NCBI GenBank assembly: GCA_012295275.1
Contig: CM022673.1
Location: 15,810,001-15,874,000 of the forward strand
Source: Chrysomallon squamiferum
Lineage: Eukaryota; Animalia; Mollusca
Direction of reading: 5' to 3'
DNA length: 64,000 nucleotides
Part shown: in pieces, positions 42,163 through 64,000 of the stretch
How positions within the stretch are numbered: position 1 is the first letter of the stretch
How the letters are laid out: every line of letters begins with the position of its first letter
Program-made: the position numbers and the translations under genes
Notes under the pieces: model-generated
Told to the model about the DNA's origin: nothing
Databases searched by the model: none
What the model saw: only the letters and a program-made list of their open reading frames with translations

Positions 42163-43863
42163 TCAGTCTTCGTCGGGGGATTGGTCTATACCAGATGATG
42201 AGAGCTGCACAGCCCAAGAGTATTCTTCTGTCTTCTTCAGATCCAAAATAACCTGATCTTTCTTAAACTGGAAGTGAAACAATGAAAATATGTGGTAATT
42301 TCATGAAACATGAGTTGGATAGATGGATGTATGGAAGTAGGAAGTAGGCAGACAAAAAGGCAGATACAGAGGACTATGTGTATGTCAGTCTGTCTGTATG
42401 TATGTATGTATGTTTGCATGTGAATCCCTGTGCACATTAATTATTTTAGTTTAGTTTTAGTTTTGTTTTTGTTTATTAAGTTCATGTGCAGATTTCTATC
42501 TGTATATCATACATAAAAATAGTTATAGTTGTGATATTTCCATTAAAAAATCTATCCAAGTAGATAAGTAAATAAAATAATGAATGTATTTTTACTAACT
42601 TTATAAGAACATTTATCTGTGTCTATCTCTCCTGGAAGTTTCTTCACAACCTTTCTGTATTTGATAACCTTCTTCTTGTCTTTAACTACAGCTGTGACTT
42701 CAAAAGATCTTGAATTTGTTTTAAAAATGAAATATTATTTTTCGTAGTGAATTAAGACAACAATTTTGCCTGTATGCAGAAATCATACAACCAAATATAA
42801 ATATGAAAATGTATTGAAGTATGGTTAAATATTTTCTTGGTGTCAATTGTTACAGTGTACTGAAATGGTGCAAACAAATGGTTTAACTTCATACTTGTGA
42901 GTATTTGTTTTATTTTGAGACCAGCATTTACTTGTTTGGTTTTAATTTTTAGCTTTAGTAAATACTAATTAGTGGCAAGGTTAGTTTATTCTAAGTTTCA
43001 TAAATTGTATTTAAAATTAAAATAAATGTATTGTGATTTGAAAATTGTAATTTAAAATGAAAATAAATAATTTGTTTCAAAAGTGAATTACTTTAGGAAC
43101 AAAACAGATTTCAAATATACCAATTAGTAAAATTACCTGTTTTCAAATTTTACATTTACAGTTGCATTTTTGGGTTTGTTTCCAAGCATTGTAACTTGTA
43201 AACCATTCATAACAAGACAAACACGAACTGTGGACAGATTAAGTTCTTCTGATGTCACTGTAGCAATAATAATAATAATAAATGTGTAATAAGTAAATAT
43301 TATTTTAAAACATGTTAAAAGGAAGAGTTACTTAGGAATGGTTTATGAAAATAGAAACATAGCATTATTTTTTTAATTATATATTCTTTAAATCATAAAA
43401 TATGTAGTACTATTTTCATTAAATCATTTTTCAAGTATAAAAAGCATGAGCAGTCTTAACTGACTTTATGTTCAACAAATTTCAACCTAAATGGGTCATT
43501 AATACATTGACTGGTAACAACTAATATGTGATCGCATATGTCGATATGGGCTTTATAGTTTATTAAAAGAAAAACCGAAACAAGACTTAGTTAAGTTTCA
43601 AATTAATGTGGTTGTTTTAATAAACATATTATATTAAGAATGTGCGAACCACATTTAGGAAGTCTGCATTTGCATATGCCGATATGGGCTTTATAGTTTA
43701 TTAAAAGAAAAACCGAAACAAGACTTAGTTAAGTTTCAAATTAATGTGGTTGTTTTAATAAACATATTATATTAAGAATGTGCGAACCTGCATTAGGAAG
43801 TCTGTATTCACTGAAATCTTCTTGCAGCGGTTCGCAAGATAACGCACCTTCTGTGTCAGGCAT
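42163..43863 (-). CDS. Small stand-alone CS (p23/HSP20-like; CacyBP/SGT1-type) domain protein, 128 aa, 4 coding exons
   Basis: Exons 43863-43812, 43257-43137, 42708-42600, 42267-42163; phases 1,2,0 match; 387 nt. MPDTEGALSCEPLQEDFMTSEELNLSTVRVCLVMNGLQVTMLGNKPKNATVNVKFENRSFEVTAVVKDKKKVIKYRKVVKKLPGEIDTDKCSYKFKKDQVILDLKKTEEYSWAVQLSSSGIDQSPDED*. V.V.F..RSF...LPGEID.DKCSYK.KK..V.L.LKK....W is the CS-domain pattern. First exon is the least certain. Confidence 0.8.
43534..43809. repeat. 138-bp tandem duplication (2 copies) in intron 1 of the CS-domain gene
   Basis: gcatatg(t/c)cgatatgggctttatagttt...aggaagtctg at 43534 and 43672. Confidence 0.9.
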
Positions 43864-44177
43864 TTTTTTCGTTTTATTTTTCGTGTTTACATTAATTTTA
43901 ATAGTTACCTGCCCTTTCTTCTTTGGTACATTTTGATCTTCAATAAAGAAGATCCGCAGTCAGACGTGTAAAGAATGTTTATGATCGGATGGCGGGATCA
44001 ACTTCTAACGAGACTCAACAATACAAACTGAAGAATACTACCATTGTTCTTAGGGTTTTCTTACTAAATTTCTTATACATTATTATTAAATAGGAAAGTA
44101 AAAGGAAGTATCGTAGGGTTAAAACAGCATGAATGAAGTTCAAGCAAACTACGGGGTTTCATACATTAGGTATCAAC

Positions 44178-44234
<57 letters not shown>

Positions 44235-47044
44235 TTAAAAAAAAAATACAAATAAACAAAATAGCTAACAACAAAGATAATATTTAAAAAAATATATTAA
44301 TATAAAATAAAAGCGTTATTTTATTTACTTTTCTTTTTTTTCTTTTTTTTTTAAATGATGGGACAAAAATATATACGTTAATATATGATATTAGTGATAA
44401 AATGTTATAGAAATACATCATATGAAAATTTTAAAAAAAATTAACAACAAATACACAAAACAAACTTTTATTTAATATCGGAATAAACGAATAATCTGAA
44501 AAACACAATATATGAAACCAAAATAAAGTTGCTTATTAAATTTTATAACTATAAAATTTTACTATATTTATTATGAATTATGTGGGGAACATATTGTTAT
44601 TTTTGACGTATTTTGTGAAAAACAACAGCGTTTTATATCAAAATGTAGTCCCATGAAATACCATTTACGAAATATAGATTCAGTGTATGTAATTTCAGAA
44701 GCAGAAAAGACAGGTAGACATTAACATTACTGATTTCGGTGACGTCAAATGTTTCGGTACAAAAATGACGTCAACAATGGAATGACGTGATTCCGACTAA
44801 TACCTGACTCATGGCAAGATTTAAAATACTCGGAACTCTTTTGACTTGGAAGTGTATTTTTGGAAATTCAGTGAGTTTAATAAAACTAATTTCATTCTAT
44901 TTTATTTTCAAGGTTTTAGGATGATATTTATTACAAGTTTTAGAGATACTACAACATTAGGTACTTAATCGACGATTAATTTCTAAACTTAGTATTCAGT
45001 TTACGTTTATCAAACTTCGTATCTGAATTTGATGTCCTTATTTTTTTTTTCTATGTATGTGTGCATGTGTCTGTGTATGTGTTAATAAATAAACAAACAA
45101 GTAATAGCTGTAAATCTGCGAATCTATCGTAAATGTGTCCATATTCTCCATTTTTTGGAACAAATATTTTAGCTGAAGGAGCAGACAGTGGAATAGACAC
45201 CTTGAAATACAGGATGACTTTAGCTTTCATAAACAAACTAAAACATATATCTCTGTGTTGGTGAATGGTAAGAAAAAAATCAATGATTTTAAACAAACTG
45301 AAAAAAGGAAATTACTATTTTTTTATTTTATTTTATTTTTTATTTTTCTATTTTTTATTTTTTATTTTTTATTTTATTTTATTGTTTTATTTTTCTATAA
45401 TTTATTTTTTATTTTTTTATTTTTTTTTTATTTTTTTTTCATTTTGAGGAACAAAATAGTTAAAATATAAAAATCAGCGTCATTTTAAAATTATTTATTT
45501 GTACACTTTAAATGTTAAGCTGACTGTGACGAAGATAGATAATCTCGTCTTTGTTTCACGCAAAACCCGGTTATCTGTGAAACTGTGTTTCATTAGATAC
45601 ATTTCTTTTACTAACTATATACTAATTTTTATATGTATATAATCTGGAGATTATCTACTTTCTATAAATGAAATAATAAATTATTAGAGAAAAAATAAAT
45701 TAACGAAAAATATGTATTGATAATTATAATTAGTAAATAAACGGCCTGTAACTGCCAATATGCAAATAACTGAAGTTTTCTTTGACCATCCGTAATACCG
45801 TTTTACAGGAAAATACGCGATGACGAATTTTTAAAGGCAGTTTTTGAATTTTAAATTTACGTTAATTGCAGCCAAGATATGGCGAGTTTTGTGTTGCAAA
45901 CTAACACAGCTTTCAAATTTATCAACAATTTTTTGTATCGTGTTTTTAAATAAGAAAAATGTATGTATAAATGACAAATACTTTATAAAAACAAAATGAA
46001 AGAGAATGTAAAGAAATAAATTGGTTTTGTAAAGTGTACAGGGTTAGGGTTTCTCCATCTTTTCATGAACAGATGTCCGAAGCTTACAAATTATTTTAAC
46101 GCCTTTGGTTGGGGTTATAGTCTTTATCGACTCCTTCTGCTTCAGTATGGTACATATCGTAAAAGTGCTATGCTCGAACTGCCTAGCATTGTTCACTACA
46201 CACGCACCTCGCTCGTGTTTTTCATGATTTCATGCTTTAATTCAGTGGAGAGCACTGTCCTTTGCACTCACTTTCTTAGGATCCATGGAAATTTGGCAAA
46301 ATAATGCAGAAAACGCGAGCACAGCACAAAGAGATGCTTCCACGGCGAGGCAACCACGTGAAGCAAATGAGTGAGACGCGGGATGCTGGCTCGATGTCCT
46401 GTTGTTCTTTCCGCCAACTATTGGCGGCGTATCTGACGTTTTCTCGTAACTCGAATTTTGGCTCGCAACTCAAAGCAAAAAATCGGATTTAGAGGCAATG
46501 TATCATCATTTTTTATCAGGGTTTTACGCTGGTGCTGAGGATAGGCAACTGGTTCTTTGAAGGACACCAAAGTTAGCTGACTGAGTATCATTTTAATCAG
46601 CAATATATATGGACTGCAAATTCAGTAAATTCATGAAAATTCAAATCCAGTTAAATATACAAACTGGCACCGTGTGAAATATTCCTCCCCTGACTATTAT
46701 TATATTGATAGTTATAATGACTTTTAAAAATAATAACAATATTAATGAAGGACTGGCCAAAATATCCTGATCCAAAACATCCTACCACCAGCTTACAGAC
46801 ACAGAAGTTATTTGTGACATATAAATAATAATAATGAAAATATATATATATATGTGACATTTATAAGACCACAGAAAAACAAAAGTCAAATTGCTTTACA
46901 TTTTTTTTAATGGTATCAGTGAAAAAAAGAACAAAAATATACAAGAACAAAAAAAAATTACAAATGTTTGTTTTTAATTTTTTAATTATAATTTTGTAAA
47001 ATTTATTTATATATCTAAATATCGAAAATTTCTAGGAAATAACC

Positions 47045-56421
<9,377 letters not shown>

Positions 56422-58269
56422 GATATCCGATTGTATTTGAACTTCCTAGTGGATATTCGTAAGCGAAACTGCAGATAAGATATCAGCGGTGTAGGAAACA
56501 GCTTATTCACACAATCATGTCGTAATTCGAGCAGTCATTTACACAGCAATTATTTTTAACTCTGAATCCATCTTGGAGATTTATTTATTTATATATTTAT
56601 TTAATGAATTAATAGGATTTGTTAATTGTGTTGGACAACGATGTGCATAAACGTCATATTGTGTGTATAGAATTACTGTTTAACTCTAGTGAAACGAACA
56701 TGACTAAATTTCTTCTTTTTCGTTTTATTTTATAAAATCAGTTTAAGCTGGTTTATAAACAAGAAACATTATAATCTTAACAAAGTATATATTCCAAACA
56801 TTTTCTTGCTCGTAGATTCTGCTACTTAGCATTTGATCGTATTATTATCATCATCAATGTCATAATCTTACTGTTATTATTATTATCATTATCATCCTTA
56901 TAACCACCATCATTATTTATCCGGATATCACTGTATGTAATGACAACACTTTGTCAAAGTTATTTATTTATTGTTTACTAGCTGGTTTTGATCGTAAAAG
57001 TTCATCTTGAAAATGGTTTCCATTTAAATCTTTGTTATTTAAGAATATTTTGTTTCAGTAACAATTAGTAACAATGAAATCAATATGTGTAATCTACTTC
57101 TGTCGAGAACGGTGAGCTGAGAAATAAAACACCTAATTTCATTTAGTTGTCTTATTAGTGTTATTATTTAGGCCTGGCGTGTAAAGGAAATATCAGGTTA
57201 CTGTCTTAAGATATCAGTTTTATTGTCGTCAGATCGAATGACCCAGTGAAGCTCGGTATAGCCTCGCTGACTCGGGTTATTCTTACCTTCACAGGATAAA
57301 GCTGATCTCTTAAGAGAGTAACTGATTATTCCTTGTGTATACAGTTGTATAACAGTAATTAAGTAAATTATATCGAAAAAAACCACATAAAAAAAAAATT
57401 TAAAAAAATTGGACTCATATGTACCTTAAACACTGCAATAAGGGGTTATCCTGGTGAATTGGTGATACTCTGACCTCAGAACTCCTACTTGAAAAATGTG
57501 TTATTTGGGGACTGTTCACCACAATTAATAATTAATATTAAATAATTTTCAAAAATTCATTAACATTAAATCATTGTCACTTATTCATTTTCCATTCAGT
57601 CTTTTTCATTCATCCATTTAATCTTTCATTTATTCATAACATAACAGGGAACAGACTTTTCGTGTATTCTTCTACCTTTGACACAAGATAGAGAACCGAG
57701 TCTTTGGAAACACGTTGAGATTACTGATATCAAGTTCACTGACCGTGTGTCCAAGTTCTGTAGTAAAAAAGACAGAAATATTAACTGTTACTTACTGGCG
57801 TACATGATACATGAACCTTAACCACAAAACGGTATTTAACGCACAACGATTATAGTAGTTTATTAACGTTGGATGAGTGATGTTTTTTTAATTTTATGAA
57901 CAGTCAACCAAATCCAGTAATGATTTATAAGTAAAACACAAGAGATGTGTATTTTGTTATTTAATTGTCAAAGAGGATAATCAATTTAGATAATACAGAA
58001 AATGGTAGGGCCCATATGGAAAAAAAAAAAAAAAAAAAAAAAAATATCATATCAGTAATGTCACATCTTATTTGCGTAATTAGTAAACATCAAGATCGTT
58101 TCAAAACAACAGTTACTTATTTTAGTATGATATTAAAGTTATATTTCTAATATCAATGCTAGACAAACAAAACAAAATTATTTCAAAACTTTTATTTGAT
58201 AGTCTTAATAATTCATATAATAACTATAATGATCATATAATTTTATACGTCGCAGGAGCATATAACGAA

Positions 58270-58773
58270 ATGAAAAAAATATATTTGTGTATTATTTTCT
58301 CTTTAACGTTTTGTTCCGCATTAATTTTATCATCTGAGGCGAATTCTGCTGGACTTTCGGACATTGTTATTTTGGACGCTACTTGGCAATCTTGCAAAAC
58401 GGTATCTCTGGCAAGGGTTTTTTAATTTGTTTATCAAACACAGAGAAAAGGGGCAATCGTTCACACTGCATGCAGCCGGAAGAGCACCTGCAGATACTTC
58501 GAATTCTCTGCTGACAGAAATATTGGACGAAGAGTTATTATGTCCAGAGGAATTTAAACTTAATAACTGCATGGAAATTAAAAATAATTTCAAACAATTG
58601 GTATCGTACTCCGCGATAAAAAACGAAACAGATTATTCAACATTTTGTTCCAAGATGCTGAATAAAAGAATGAATTCCGAGAAAACCAATGGAGAAATTA
58701 TTTTCTATTTGTCAATTCCATCTAGCTCTTATATCTCAGTCACTAAGAACATAAATTAACACTGCAGACAATG
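58270..58773 (+). pseudogene. H6PD: Hexose-6-phosphate dehydrogenase (ER GDH/6PGL) 5' fragment, pseudogene
   Basis: Signal peptide MKKIYLCIIFSLTFCSALILS, then DIVILDAT / GNLAKRYLWQGFFNLF...IFYLSIPSSSYISVTKNIN*HCR, matching H6PD LLGATGDLAKKYLWQGLF...IFYFSVPPFAY...NINSSCR. Lesions: extra T at ~58384, G>D in the GATG nucleotide-binding motif, stop at 58757-58759, truncation before a long (TC)n. Confidence 0.85.
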
Positions 58774-58792
58774 AAGGGCAAAACAAAATCAA

Positions 58793-59008
<216 letters not shown>

Positions 59009-59512
59009 AATATTTATATTGATGTATTTGATTATTTTGGGAGATGGGCATTTGTAAGACAACAGAAAAACAAAAGTCAAATTGTTTTATTTTGTTTTAT
59101 GGTATCAGTGAAAAAACCAAAACAACATAAAAATTACCCTGAACAAAAAAACATCAAATGTGTGTTATTAATTTTTTAATTTTAATATTTTTCTCTCTTT
59201 GTCTTTGAGCCTCTTTTTCTCTTTTTTCTCTTTTTCTCACAATATCATCAAAACAAACTGATTTTAACAATATTATTTTTTGAAGAGTCCTATCTCCTAT
59301 GATTTAGTGATGCAATTTCAAACTTTTGGACAAAACAATTTACTAAATGATTCTAGAGTGTTAGGCACAAAATTTAATATAAACAGACGTAAGTAAAAAT
59401 TCATAAAAGTTTCAGGAAGAAATATATCAGTCTTTTACAAATCTAAACATCGAAAGATTATAGGAAAATTTTTTTTTTTAAATAATAAGAAGAAAGAAAG
59501 ATTATTTTTGTT

Positions 59513-63751
<4,239 letters not shown>

Positions 63752-64000
63752 CTACAATAAAACAATATGTTTATTTCAACATTTTAACATTTCAGAAATG
63801 TACGGGGAATTTACATCTACATGCTCATGGATGGATTGATGGAAGTAGATAGACAGACAGAAAGATGGATGGTTTCATTCGTCAAAACAATAAATAAAAT
63901 AATTAAATTTAAAAAAAAATTAAAAATAAAATTAACTGAGCTTAAACCTTGTCGTATATATATATATATATATATATATATTTGATATAAGCCGACAAAC

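Noticed and set aside
43909-43931. Alternative ATG exon (MYQRRKG) for the CS gene
   Set aside because: Ends in phase 2 but the next exon needs phase 1; more likely UTR or a uORF.
45740-46630. GC-richer block with short ORFs, possibly a non-autonomous DNA transposon
   Set aside because: Could not find terminal inverted repeats, a target-site duplication or transposase motifs, so no call is supported.

Overview
AT-rich, microsatellite-laden eukaryotic (invertebrate, probably molluscan; lineage is inference) genomic DNA with spliceosomal genes. Exon chains were rebuilt by hand from GT-AG sites and codon phase. In order: (1) last exon of a gene ending in an F5/8-type-C/fucolectin-like domain (+); (2) a 7-exon alpha/beta hydrolase (+); (3) an unnamed protein with two homologous alpha/beta (TIR-like?) domains whose reading frame needs a -1 shift exactly at two overlapping slippery heptamers (+); (4,5) two divergently transcribed, signal-peptide-less aerolysin/ETX-MTX2 (LIN-24-like) pore-forming protein genes, with kappaB-like sites and a cluster of CACGTG E-boxes between them; (6) a 128-aa stand-alone CS (p23/HSP20-like) domain gene missed by the ORF track (-); (7,8) two tandem ADA2/ADGF adenosine deaminase genes (-; second lacks exon 1 in this window) with a patchwork of identical and diverged exons; (9) a decayed H6PD 5' fragment at the duplication junction. 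Also a MULE remnant, a tRNA-like SINE head, a Tigger-like end and several local duplications. The best candidate for an undescribed system is the putative immune module at about 17-44 kb (two-domain TIR-like gene, paired cytosolic beta-pore formers, CS co-chaperone). Functional linkage between these genes is inference only.
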